NCBI GenBank assembly: GCA_046566045.1
Contig: JBKHXL010000063.1
Location: forward strand, 21,460-85,459
DNA: 64,000 nt
Source: Candidatus Limnocylindria bacterium
Lineage (GTDB): Bacteria; Chloroflexota; Limnocylindria; Limnocylindrales; CSP1-4
Reading direction: 5' to 3'
Both the position numbers and the translations under genes were made by a program. The first letter of the stretch is position 1, and every line of letters starts with the position of its first letter. The notes under the pieces are model-generated. The model saw only the letters and a program-made list of their open reading frames with translations, was not told the DNA's origin and did not search any database. Below are positions 7,986 to 19,050 of this stretch, one piece after another.

Positions 7986-10900
7986 CTACTTGAACTGGAA
8001 GGTCGCGCTGTGCGTGGTGCCGTCGACCAGCTTCACGTCGAGGCGATAGCACGAGCCCTTGTACGTCTTGGCCGTCTTCCAGACGTAGGTATAGCGCTCG
8101 GACACGGGGTCGTACTGGAGACCGCTGGACCCGTTCGACACCACCTCTTCGATCGTGTCCTCCGCCACGCTCGTCGCGCAGGTGATCTTGGTCGCCTTCG
8201 GGAAGCCGGTGGCGAAGATCCCGGTCAGGCCCCGGTCCCCGCCGAGCGAGAACTTGATCGGGATGCTGCTGCCGGCGGTCGCCGTGTTGCGGACCGCGTT
8301 GTCGACGGGGGAGTAGAACCCGCCCCACGGCCAGATGATCAGCGACGCCTCGGCTGACGACATCGATGCCTCGTAGATCGGATCCGTCAACGTCGTCGTC
8401 AAGGTTCCGGTCCACGGGTTGAGAGGGATGGTTCCGCTGAAGTACGCCCGGACCTCGTACGGTCCGACCGGCAAGTCTGGGGTGGAGCCAAGGTTGGCGG
8501 TGCCGTCGGCGCCGGTCGTCACCGACTTCGTCAGGCCGAAGCCCATCGTCGTGCCGGAACCGGTCCCCTCTAGAACGAAGAACACCGTTCGGGAGCCGAC
8601 CGCGGTGCCGGAGCCATCGGGCGCCCGCAGCGTCGCTGAGATGCCGCTCGCCCCGCCAACCGTCGCGTCGGGAGCGGTCAGGACCAGGCTGGTCGACTGC
8701 TTCGTGATCGTGAACGACGTCGCGTCGCCGCTCGACGCATGCGTCGCGTCCCCGGAGAAGGTGGCCGTGAGTTGCTGGGTGCCCGGCGTGGCGATGAGCG
8801 GCAGCGACGCCGAGGCGACACCGCCGGCGTCGGTCGTCGCGGTCACGACCGACGTCCCGATGCGGAACGAGACGGTCCGGCCGGTGAGCGCGCCCGGGCC
8901 GGTCAGCGTCGCGGACACGCTCGTGCTCGCCCCGTACGTGCCGGACGAACCGGCCGTCAGGACCAGGGTCGACGCGGCGGGCTGCGGCGCCGGGATCGTG
9001 GCGAGGGAGTGGTACGCGCCCTGGTTGTCGTTGATGCCGACGAGGGCGGCCCGGTTCGCGGCCTGGACGATGAAGCGCAGGTCGGCCGGGTCATCATCGA
9101 CGCCGATGCTCAGTGTCGCCGACCAGCTCGACGGATCCATGGCGCTGCGGACCAGCGGCACCGACGCCCAGCACGTGCAGCCGTCGTTGCCGTAGGTGTA
9201 GGTGATCCAGGCGGACTGGATGTTGTCAGCGCCATCGGGATCGGTGCCGCTGATGATCGCCGTGAAGGTGACGGTCGAGCCCGACAGGTCGGCGTCGACC
9301 GCGCCGATGGTGGGTGCCGCGGCCTGACCCGCGATCGGGTCGTTGGCGGGCACGTAGAACAGCTTGAGGCCCAGGCTGGAGAACAGCCGCCTCGTGACCG
9401 GGTCGGTGCCGACCCTGTGCTGCGCCGGCGTGACCACGAGGTTGGTGGACCCACCGGAGAGGTCCCCGAAGTAGCTGGCAGCCCACATCCGGGCCGGGAA
9501 GAAGGTGGTCGACGTGAACGGCGTCTGCGCGCCACCGAACTCGGTGCCCGGTGCGCCCGTGAACGGGGTGACCCCGTTCGTGTCGGTGAAGGCACCGCTC
9601 CAGAAGCCGATGCCACGGAGGACCTTGCCCGACAGGCCGACGTTCGCCACGTAGCGCGACAGGGCCGGCTCGCCCGGGTTGGATGCGACGCCGTCAGGCC
9701 CGCTCAGATAGGTCGAGCCACCGGGCCCCGCGTTGGACGTGGTCGGGATGGGATTCGGGCCCCCACCTCCCAGGTCGAGGGTGCCGATGGTGACCGCCCC
9801 GTCCGTGGACGTGGACGTCACGATCGAGCCGCTCGAACCGCTCGTGTCGCGCGTCCCGGGCATGTCCACCGAGAACATCGGCAGGCCGAAGACGCTGGCC
9901 GTGAGGATGGCCTTCTGGTGCATCCCTTGACCTCGGGCGTGGCCGCGAGGTAGGCGAGCTTCGATGCATTGAGCGCCTGGCCGACCGCGACCGGGCCCGT
10001 CCCGACGCGCAGCTGGTGCGCGAACTCGGCGTAGATCCGCTCGCTGTACTCGATCAGCTCGTCGTCGCCGTACTGGAAGCCCGTGCCGGCGACCAGGGTC
10101 GCGCCCTTGCGGCCGAGGACCTGGGCCCAGTCGGCCGTCTGGGTGACGCCGCTGATGCCGTGCGCATCGACGAGGTTGTAGCCGGCATGGCAGCCGATGC
10201 TGAACACCAGGGCGTTCATCAGGTCGACGTCCGGAGCCAGCAGCTCCGAGGCGTTGACCGTCGTCTGCAGGTCGGCCGCGAGCGTCGCCGAGGCATCGAA
10301 GTGGCCGGCGAGGTAGACGATGTCATTCCGGGTGGGGCCAAGGAGGCTGGCCCGCAGGTCGTTCGCCGTCCAGGTGTCGTTGATCAGCGTGGCCGGCGTC
10401 GCGCCGGTGCCGGCGGCGAGCTGGTCCGTGACCTCATTCGAGGAGTCCGTCAGGAACTCGTACCCGGTCACCAGCGACGAGCCGGGGGTGACGGTCTTGA
10501 CCGTCGTGCCCTGGACGTAGGCGTCGATCATCGCCGACGCCTCTGCTGCGGTCTCGACCAGGCGCCCGACGGCAAGGTCGGGGATCGGGAAGCGGGTCCC
10601 GCCGAGCGAGAGGACCGTGCTCGCACCGTACTCGTCCTGCCCAAGGACATGGTCGCTGCGCAGGACGGCCTCGGAGGAGGTGCCGGCGCCGAGCGGCGGG
10701 ACGAACCAGGATTCCGGGGCGAGGTCGGACGGATCCGGATAGCGGAAGAACGGCACCGACGTGTCGCCCCCGACCAGCACGACGTACTGCAGGTTCGGGT
10801 TGTCGTAGGTCCGGACGACGTCACGGATGGCCGACGCGACCAGGTTCTGGGCGTAGACACAGTCCTGGTTGGCATCAGCCTGGGCGTGCAGCGCGGCGAT

Positions 10901-11325
10901 CCGGGCGTTCGTGCCGACGTCCACGACCACGCCGTCGGTGGCCAGGGCGAGGGACTGGAGGCGGCCTTCGAGGGTCGTCGTCTCGGCGGCGGTCCCCGCG
11001 ATCCGACTGCGATCCCAGACGATCACGCTGTCGTTACCGGATCCGGCCGAGCCGACCGCGGGGCGGTCCCGATCGGCGCCACGTCGGCGCACACGTTGTT
11101 CGTCGTGATCGAGATCATGAACGGCGAAATTCACGTCATAGGCGCCGTTCTTGCCGGTGACGTGGACGTAGAAGTAGCCGTCGTTGGTCCAGGTGTTCGC
11201 CGGGATCGTCGCGGCACCCGTGCCTTCGGCGACATTCCAGCCGACGAGGCTGTTCCTCGCCGCGGCGGCGTAGGCGCCGTAGATCTCGTCGCCGACGTAG
11301 TTCGGGTTGCCGATGAAGTTCGGAG
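7986..11325 (-). pseudogene. Large secreted-type protein (clan CD/C25 gingipain-like peptidase, Ig-like repeats, C-terminal PxKF domain); 5' truncated and frameshifted
   Basis: YVVLVGGD..VPF, PDLAVGRL, YLAGHF...FSIGCH dyad; C-terminal GFYSPVD..GSSIPIKFSL..YTYVWKT (PxKF); homopolymer indels at about 9925, 11061 and 11128; no start codon or signal peptide. Confidence 0.7.
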
Positions 11326-14300
11326 CAGCGCTCGCGGGCGGACTCGTGGTCGCTCGCCATGCTATCCATCCAGGCCAGGTTGACATTGCAGGTCCCGATG
11401 CGCCGGCGGTCGCCCAACGTCGTGTACAGCGACAGCGCCCGCTCGGCATAGGCCCGCGCTGCCTCGGGATCGCCCTGCTGCTGCGCCACGATCCCGAGAT
11501 TGTTGGTCAGGCCGGCCATCCCGGCCGGATCCTCGAGTCGCTCGCGGATCTCGAGCGCCTCGAGGTACCGGGTCCGTGCCTGGGCGACATCCCCTCGCTG
11601 GGCGGCCACGGTCCCGAGGATCTGCAGGACGTCCGCCGCGCCGGCGTCATCGCCGATGGCGCGGAATCGTTCGAGCGCGCGCAGGAGGATGGCGCCGGCC
11701 TCGTCGAACCGTCCGCCGCGGCGAGCCGATTCCGCGAGGGAGTGGTCGCTCCGAGCCACGAGCCACTGGTCGTCGTGGGCATCGGCGATCGCCCGGGCAT
11801 CCGTGGCCACCGCCTCAGCCCGGCCGACGTCGCCGGTGATGTGGAAGAGCTCGGCGAGCGTGAGCAGCCGCTCCACCCGGTCGGTGCCCTCGAGCAGGGG
11901 GATGAGCCGCTCGAGGTAGCGGATCGCCGCGCCGTTCGCGTAGGCGGCACGGGCCGCCTCGGCCGCGCGCCCGAGGTAGGTGCGTTTGCGCTCGCCGTCG
12001 TCGCTCAGCCAGAAGTGGTGGGCCAGCAGGTCGAGTCGCCGCTCGACGCCGTCCGGGTCCGACGTCTCCAGCCATGACCCGATGCGGCCGTGCAGCAGGG
12101 TCCGGATGGCGAACGGCAGGCTCTCGTAGGCGACCTCCTGGGTCGCCACGTGCTTGAACAGGTAGGCCTGGTCGGCCGCCCGGTCGAGGTTGACCAGGTC
12201 CGCGGCCCGCAGCGCGTCGAGGTGGGCGACGACCTCGTCGAGGTCGCCAAGCTCCGGGTACGCGCCGGGCAGGGCGGGCGCCTCGAACACGCGCCCCACG
12301 ACGCTCGCCACATTGAGCGTCCGGCGCGGCTCCTCGGCCATGTGGTCGATGCGCGACAGGACCAGGCTGTGCAGGCTCTCCGGCAGCTCGAGCGCCCGCA
12401 GAGCGTCCGCGTCGCGCAGGTCCACGTCGCGCGACGTGATGAAGCTGATCAGCTCCTCGATGTAGAACGGGTTGCCGCCCGCGCGTTCGGACACGAGCGC
12501 GACGAGGTCGTCGCTCGGGCCCGCATCGTCGCCACCGGGCAGGACCTGCTCCAGCTTCAGGCGGATGAGGGCGGCCGCCTCGTCGCTGCCGAGCGAGTCG
12601 AGGGTCAGCTCATGGAAGTCGGGGATCCCTTCGACGCCCAGCCCGCCACCGACCTGGGACGCTGGCCGGTAGGCGAGCACGATCAGCACCGGCAGCGCCG
12701 CGGTCGCCCGACCGAGGACGTCGAGCAGGTCGCGCGACAGGGGATCGATCCAGTGGCAATCCTCGAGCACGAGGACGAGCGGCTCGTCCGTGGCGCGAGC
12801 TCGCAGGCAGACGGCCAGGAGGTTCTCCAGCGAGGCCTTGCGGACCTTGGCGTCGAGCGACGAGGTCAGGTCGTTGTCCGGGATGTCGAGGTCGAGGAGC
12901 GAGGACAGGAGCGGGGCGCGCGGCACGAGCGCGGGGTCGACGGCCGCCAGCCGGGCTTCCACCCGAGCCCGCTGCCGTTCGACCGACTCGTCGTCCTCCA
13001 GGCCGAACAGGCGGCGCCAGATCTCCCGCCACACGAAGTGACTCGCGTGGGTGCCGAACGACTGGCACTCCCCGAAGGCGACGAACAGGCCGCGCCGCCG
13101 CGCGCCGCGCACGAACTCCGCGACGAGGCGCGACTTGCCCATGCCGGCCTCCGCCGCGATGCCGACGATCCGCCCGTCGCCCTCGATGGTCAGGCGCAGG
13201 GCGTCGTCCAGGCTGGCCAGCTCGGCCTGCCGACCGACGAGGTCGAGCTCGAAGCGCGTCTTGCGCCGCGACGCGCGCTCGAGCGATCCGGTCAGGGCGT
13301 GGGCCACGATCGTGGCGGTCTTGCCCTTGACGGTCAGGTCCGGCAGGCGCTCCCACAGGTACGCGTCGCCGGCCTCCTGGCGGACGGCGTCCTCGACGTA
13401 GACGGCGCCGGGCGGCGCTTTCGGCATGAGACGCGCCGACAGGTTGACCGCGTCGCCGAGGCAGACGAACGTGCGGCGCATGGCATGGCCGTACGTGCCG
13501 CTGCGCAACCGGCCGTGGGTCAGCCCGATCTGGATGTCCGTCGCGTTCGTCGTCCGCTCGAGGTCGCGCAGCTCGAGCGCCGCGGCCGCCCCACGAGCCG
13601 CATCGTCCTCGTGGGCGACCGGCGAGCCGAACACGCCGTACAGGTAGGCGCCCTTGTCGCCGAGGGTCAGCTGGAGGACGTTGCCGCCGTAGCCGGCCAT
13701 GATCCGCTGGGCGCGCCGGACGAAGTCGTCGAGCTGCGCGATGGCGTCCTCGTCGTCGTAGTCGATGTCGCCGAAGCGCAGGAAGACCGGATAGGCCGGC
13801 CGCAGCTCGGTCAGGAACTCGCCCCGGCCGGTGGTCAGGCGCTCGTAGGCCTCGGGCAGCAGCCACGGCCGAACCAGTGTCTCGTCCAGGCGAGGCGGCT
13901 CGACCACGTCCTGCACCGGGACGTCCGCGCGCAGCCGTCCGACGACCCCGAAGACCCGGCCGCTCGCCCCGTCCACCCGCCGCTCGACGAGCTCGACCCG
14001 GTCGGCCAGCGAGGCGACCGTCGACGGCTCGAGCACGACCTCGCCCTTCTCGGCGTGGTGCTCCGCCTCGGCCAGGTCGTCGATGAGCGCGCCCGCCAGC
14101 ACGTCGATGAGCTGGATCTCCGGGTCGCCGACGACGAAGCGGCGGGCCCGGCCGGTGGCGACCGCGACCTTGAGGGCCAGCGCGACCGTCGCGCCACCGG
14201 GCGTGGTGATGGTCCCCTCGCGGGCCATCGCCTGCTGCATGGCCAGGGCGGCGGCCGTCGCGCGCGACCCGTCGTCGCCGTCCAGCCAGCACGTGATCGC

Positions 14301-14585
14301 ATCGCCCGAGAAGTAGATGACCTCGCCGCCGCGCCGGTCGAGCTCCTCGATGACGGCGTGGAAGACCCGGCCGAGGTTGGCCGTCAGCTCCTCGGCGCCG
14401 CGCTGCGATCCGAGCTCGTTCGCGAGCGCCTCGGTCAGGGGGGTGAAACCCGAGATGTCGGCGAACAGGGCCGAGCCGTGGACGCGGTCCGACATCGTCT
14501 CGTGCCGGGCCAGGGCCCAGCGGCGGTCGCGCGCGATGTACGCCTCGGGGTCGTCGCGAGCGAGGTCACGAGGAGGCGCCGACAT
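11326..14585 (-). pseudogene. Class III adenylate/guanylate cyclase + AAA (STAND-like) ATPase + TPR protein, 3' truncated
   Basis: FADISGFT..GDA cyclase motif, second degenerate cyclase (GDKG), AEAGMGKSRL Walker A, LVLEDCHWID Walker B, TPR repeats; after ...ARERC the frame runs out of register into the peptidase gene up to a chance stop at 11136. Confidence 0.8.
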
Positions 14586-14628
14586 GCGCACCATCGTACG
14601 GCCCGCGACGGCTACGATGCGTTCGATG
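14583..14628. promoter_or_regulatory. Back-to-back leaderless promoters
   Basis: TACGAT-7nt-ATG on both strands (minus -10 at 14593-14598, plus -10 at 14613-14618). Confidence 0.65.
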
Positions 14629-15969
14629 CCCGCTCGCGTCCTTCGTCGTTCGACCGTCCCCGATCCGCCCGTGGCCGTGTCGGCCAGCGGGTCGTGGATC
14701 ACTGCCCGCGACGGCCGCCGCTACCTCGACGCGGCCGGCGGGGCGATCGTGGTCAACGTCGGGCACGGGCGGCGCGAGATCGCCGCGACGATGGCCGACC
14801 AGGCCGGCCGGCTGGCGTATGCCCACGGCAGCGCCTTCACGACCGAGCCGGTCGAGGCGTACGCGCGGGCCCTGGGCGACATCCTGCCCCTCGACGCTCC
14901 GGCCATCTACCCCGTGTCCGGCGGATCCGAGGCGATCGAGACCGCGCTCAAGCTGGCCCGGGCCTACCACCTGGCCCGGGGCGAGGGCTCGCGCGACGTG
15001 GTCATCGCACGCCACGGCAGCTACCACGGCAACACCCTCGGGGCGCTCGACCTGTCCGGCCGGCCGCCGCTGCGACGGCCCTACGAGCCGTGGCTGGGCC
15101 GCTTCACCCACGTGGCGGCGGCGTATCCGTACCGCGCCACGGACGCGGGCCGCTGGGCCCTGGGCGACACGGTCGCCCTGGTGGCCGATGTCGAGGCGGC
15201 CATCCGCGCCGCCGGACCCGATCGCGTCGCCGCGTTCGTGGCCGAGCCCATCGTGGGCGCGACGCTGGGCGCGGTCGTGCCGCCGGACGACTACTGGCCG
15301 GCCGTGGCCGAGGTCTGTCGGCGGCACGGCATCCTGCTCGTCGCGGACGAGGTGATGACCGGGTTCGGACGGACCGGGCGCTGGTTCGGGGTCGATCACT
15401 GGGGCGTCCGGCCCGACCTCCTCGTGGCGGCCAAGGGCGCCACGTCGGGCTACTGGCCGTTCGGCTTCGTGGCCGCCGCCGACCCGGTGGTCCGCGCGGT
15501 GACGGCGCCCGGGGCGGGGTTCGTCCACGGCTTCACCTACAGCCACGCGCCGGTCGGGGCGGCGGTCGCGCTGGAGGTCCTGCGCATCCTCCGGGACGAG
15601 GACCTCGTCGCGGCGTCGGCGGACCGGGGCGCCCGGCTGCGCCACCTCGTGGAGGACCGCTCGGGCGCCCATCCGGCCGTCGGCGAGATCCGCGGTCGCG
15701 GCCTGCTCGTCGGCATCGAGCTCGTGGCCGACCGCCCGTCACGCCGCCCGTTCCCGCGAGCCGCCCGCGTCACGGAGGCGGTCGTCGGCGCAGCCCGCGA
15801 CCGGGGCGTCCTGGTCTACTCCGGGACCGGCAACGCCGACGGCACGGACGGGGACACGATCCTGCTCGGGCCGCCGTTCGTGGTCGAGGAGGATGAGCTG
15901 GTGACCATCGCCGACGTGCTTGCCGAGGCGATCGACGCGGCCGTGGCGGCACGGGCCGCCGGCGCCTAG
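14626..15969 (+). CDS. Class III PLP aminotransferase (omega-amino acid/beta-alanine type)
   Basis: GRRYLDAAGG, SYHGNT, FVAEPIVG, ADEVMTGFGRTG, AAKG (PLP Lys), HGFTYS. Confidence 0.92.
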   Translation: MPARVLRRSTVPDPPVAVSASGSWITARDGRRYLDAAGGAIVVNVGHGRREIAATMADQAGRLAYAHGSAFTTEPVEAYARALGDILPLDAPAIYPVSGGSEAIETALKLARAYHLARGEGSRDVVIARHGSYHGNTLGALDLSGRPPLRRPYEPWLGRFTHVAAAYPYRATDAGRWALGDTVALVADVEAAIRAAGPDRVAAFVAEPIVGATLGAVVPPDDYWPAVAEVCRRHGILLVADEVMTGFGRTGRWFGVDHWGVRPDLLVAAKGATSGYWPFGFVAAADPVVRAVTAPGAGFVHGFTYSHAPVGAAVALEVLRILRDEDLVAASADRGARLRHLVEDRSGAHPAVGEIRGRGLLVGIELVADRPSRRPFPRAARVTEAVVGAARDRGVLVYSGTGNADGTDGDTILLGPPFVVEEDELVTIADVLAEAIDAAVAARAAGA

Positions 15970-16559
15970 CGGACCGGGCGGCTGATCCCGCCACGCGCCA
16001 GGAGCAGCACCCCGAGAACCACGAGCAGGATCGGGATGATCAGGCCGCCGATCGACGGGGTCAGGGCGCTCACGAGGCCCAGCAGGGTCAGCAGCCCGCC
16101 GACCGTGGCCTGCCAGCCGAGCCCGCCACCGGACAGGGCCCGGATGAGCGCAAGGGCCAGGAAGGCGATCCCGAGGCTCAACGTGGTGAGCCCGTCGGCC
16201 CGCACGCCGAAGGCCTGCAGCACCCCGGGCATCGCCAGGGCGGTGATGATCGCACCGGCGTAGAGCGAGCCCGTGCCGCGGTCCACGACCCACTTGACGA
16301 GGAACGCGAGCCCGACCGCGAGGACCAAGCCGGAGCCGAGGTCGCGCGCCTCGGGCACGAGCTGCTCGAGCAGCAGCAGGCCGCCGAAGATGAGCAGGAA
16401 CACCCCGAACCACGGCAGGCCGGGGCGGCGGCCGTCGCCGGGGCCCCACTCCCAGCTCACGAACCGGACACCGGGGCCGGCCCCGTGGCCGGGGCCGGGG
16501 CCGGGGCCGCCGCGCGGTCCGAGGCGGGTCACGTCGCCGGGCTCGTGTCGATCATCCAT
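15966..16559 (-). CDS. Hypothetical integral membrane protein
   Basis: About six hydrophobic segments after a Gly-Pro-rich N-terminus; start overlaps the MMPL stop. Confidence 0.7.
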   Translation of the reverse strand: MDDRHEPGDVTRLGPRGGPGPGPGHGAGPGVRFVSWEWGPGDGRRPGLPWFGVFLLIFGGLLLLEQLVPEARDLGSGLVLAVGLAFLVKWVVDRGTGSLYAGAIITALAMPGVLQAFGVRADGLTTLSLGIAFLALALIRALSGGGLGWQATVGGLLTLLGLVSALTPSIGGLIIPILLVVLGVLLLARGGISRPVR

Positions 16560-18934
16560 CAGCGGCCAGCGTACCCGGCCCCGGCGTCGTTCGCGAACGT
16601 CGAGCGTGCCCCGGCGGGGTCAGCCCGGGGGTCCTCGTCCTCGGTGTGGCTGAACCCCAGCCGGTCCGCGAGCCGCCCCAGGGGCCCGGGCGCCCACCAG
16701 TTCCAGTCGCCCATCAGGCGCATCGTGGCCGGCACGAGGAGCACCCGGATGATCGTCGCGTCGAGGGCGACCGCGATGGCCATCCCGACGCCGATGCTCT
16801 TGATCGTGATGACCTCCGCCAGGGCGAAGGCGGAGAACACCGTGACCATGATCAGCGCGGCGCCGGTGATGACGCCGGCCGTCCGGGCCAGGCCCTCGGC
16901 CACCGAGGCGCGGTTGTCGCCGGTCCGTCGATACGCCTCCTGGATGCGCGACAGGAGCAGGACCTCGTAGTCCATCGACAGGCCGAAGAGGACGCTGAAC
17001 ATGATGATCGGGTTGCCCGCGATGGTGTACCCGAGCGGCGTGAAATCCAGCAGCTCGGCGAGGTTGCCCTGCTGGAAGATGAACACGAGCGCCCCGAAGC
17101 TGGCGCTGATCGACAGCAGGGTCATGAGGACCGCCTTGACCGGGATGACGATCGAGCCGAACAACAGGAACAGGATCACGGCGCTGGCCACCAGCGTCAG
17201 CCCGACCGCGTACGGCGCGCGCTCGCCCTGCGAGACCAGGAAGTCGTAGCCGGTGGCGGCGGCCCCGCCCACGGCGCTGGCGATCCCGGCCGGCGCCTCG
17301 ATGGCGCGGATGTCCGGGATGAGGTCGGTCGCGTCCGGGTCCGAAGGGTCCATCGGGCTGATGGCGTCGAGCCGCACGGTGGTGCCCCGGACATACCGGT
17401 CGAGCAGCGCGTCGAGGCCGGGCGGCCGCTGGGCGGCGGGCAGGGCGTACAGGGCGGCGACCTGCTCCGGCGACAGCGCCGCGCCGGTGCGCGGATCGGT
17501 GATCGTGAACGGACCCTCGACCCGGGTCACGCCGTCGACCGCCTCGATCGCGGCGGCGTACTCGGCCAGGGCGGAGATCGTGGCCGCGTCGGTCGGGTCG
17601 GCCTCGACGTCGGCGAGGATGACGATCGGGGTCGTCTCGCCCGCGGCGAACTCCTCCTGGAGCGCCACGTAGGCGTCGCGCGACTCCATCCCGGGTGGGT
17701 AGATCCCGGCGCCGGGCACGCCCTGGCGAAGCTCGAGGAACGGGACGCCCGCCGTGAGGAGGAGGGCCAGCGTCGGGACCAGCACGAGGACCGGCCGGGC
17801 CATGACCGCCAGGGCGACCCGCTCCCAGCGCGAGCGCCGCGGTCCTGCGGCGACCCTCGCGTCCACGGCCCCCGCGCCGGGCCGGCCGCGCAGTCGCGCC
17901 ACCAACGCGCCCACCGACAGGGCGTTGACCCGCGGGCCGAGCATGCCGAGGACCGCGGGCAGGAAGGTCAGCGCGTAGAGCACGGAGGTCAGCACGACCA
18001 GCGAGCCCCCGATCCCGATCGAGCGCAGGGCCGGCGCCTCGAACAGGAGCAGGCCGGACAGGCCGATGGCGACCGCCAGGCCGCTGAACACGACCGCCTT
18101 GCCGGCCGTGGCGACCGCCCGCTCGACCGCCTCGCCGACGGTCCGACCACGGGCCAGCTCCTCGCGGTAGCGGCTGACGATGAACAGCGAGTAGTCGATG
18201 GCCAGGGCGAGCCCGAGCATGGTCGCGATGTTCAGCACGAACACGCTCATCTCGACCTGCTGGGCCACGAGGAAGACGAGCGCGAGGCTCGACGGGATGG
18301 CCAGGCCGGCGACCAGGAGCGGCATGCCGGCCGCCACGAGCGAGGCGAAGACGACGATGAGCACGAGCGCGGCGATCGGCAGCGACACGACCTCGGCGCG
18401 CTGGAGGTCCTCCTCGGACAGCCTGGCCGAGTCGGCGGTGATCGGGCCGTAGCCGGTCATGCCGGCCTCGTAGCCGGGCGGCGGCGTGACCGCGGCGCGC
18501 AGCTCGTCGACGATCTCGGCCGATGCCTCGTCGGTCATGTCGAGCCCGACGACGACGAAGGCCGCGTCGCCGGCCGTGCTGATGAAGCGCTCGTCGCCGG
18601 TCTCCGCGTACCCGACGATGCCGCTCACGCGCGGGTCGTCGGCCAGGCCCGCGATCGTGGCGGCGAGGGCCGCCTGGAACGCGTCCGATCGGGCGTCCAC
18701 GCCGGCCGCGGTCGCGCGCAGCACGATCGTGACCGAGCTCTCGCCGGTCCCGAACTCCTCGTCGAGGCGGGCGCCGACGGTCGCCGACTCGGACGACGCG
18801 TCGAGCCAGCCGCCGCTGCTGAGCGACCCCGCCGCCTGGCTGGCGAGCGTGCTGGCCAGCGCCGCCAGGACGATGGCGACGATGACCACCGGGCGTCGGT
18901 GGCGATAGACGAACGAACCCCAGCGCGCGAACAT
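16559..18934 (-). CDS. MMPL-family (RND superfamily) transporter
   Basis: GLALAIDYSLFIVSRYREE, TAGKAVVFSG, FGLSMDYEVLLLSRIQE, DATIIRVLLVPA; two-repeat architecture. Confidence 0.93.
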   Translation of the reverse strand: MFARWGSFVYRHRRPVVIVAIVLAALASTLASQAAGSLSSGGWLDASSESATVGARLDEEFGTGESSVTIVLRATAAGVDARSDAFQAALAATIAGLADDPRVSGIVGYAETGDERFISTAGDAAFVVVGLDMTDEASAEIVDELRAAVTPPPGYEAGMTGYGPITADSARLSEEDLQRAEVVSLPIAALVLIVVFASLVAAGMPLLVAGLAIPSSLALVFLVAQQVEMSVFVLNIATMLGLALAIDYSLFIVSRYREELARGRTVGEAVERAVATAGKAVVFSGLAVAIGLSGLLLFEAPALRSIGIGGSLVVLTSVLYALTFLPAVLGMLGPRVNALSVGALVARLRGRPGAGAVDARVAAGPRRSRWERVALAVMARPVLVLVPTLALLLTAGVPFLELRQGVPGAGIYPPGMESRDAYVALQEEFAAGETTPIVILADVEADPTDAATISALAEYAAAIEAVDGVTRVEGPFTITDPRTGAALSPEQVAALYALPAAQRPPGLDALLDRYVRGTTVRLDAISPMDPSDPDATDLIPDIRAIEAPAGIASAVGGAAATGYDFLVSQGERAPYAVGLTLVASAVILFLLFGSIVIPVKAVLMTLLSISASFGALVFIFQQGNLAELLDFTPLGYTIAGNPIIMFSVLFGLSMDYEVLLLSRIQEAYRRTGDNRASVAEGLARTAGVITGAALIMVTVFSAFALAEVITIKSIGVGMAIAVALDATIIRVLLVPATMRLMGDWNWWAPGPLGRLADRLGFSHTEDEDPRADPAGARSTFANDAGAGYAGR

Positions 18935-19050
18935 CCGGTGCTTCCCCTCGTGTGGCGTGACCGGCCAACCATAGGCGAACCGGCCGCGACGCCGTCGCCG
19001 CGGCCGCGACAGGCCGACCGCGCAGCCGGTCGGCGCGTAGCATCCGTTCC

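Noticed and set aside
11136-11325. C-terminal tail of the 1188-aa cyclase ORF
   Set aside because: It is the peptidase gene read out of frame, not a real domain.
12090-15896. 1268-aa plus-strand ORF
   Set aside because: Antisense shadow of the cyclase gene running off-frame over the aminotransferase; no motifs; typical of high-GC DNA.
16489-16511. GGGCCG-type short repeats
   Set aside because: Encode a Gly-Pro linker; not a CRISPR or a mobile-element end.
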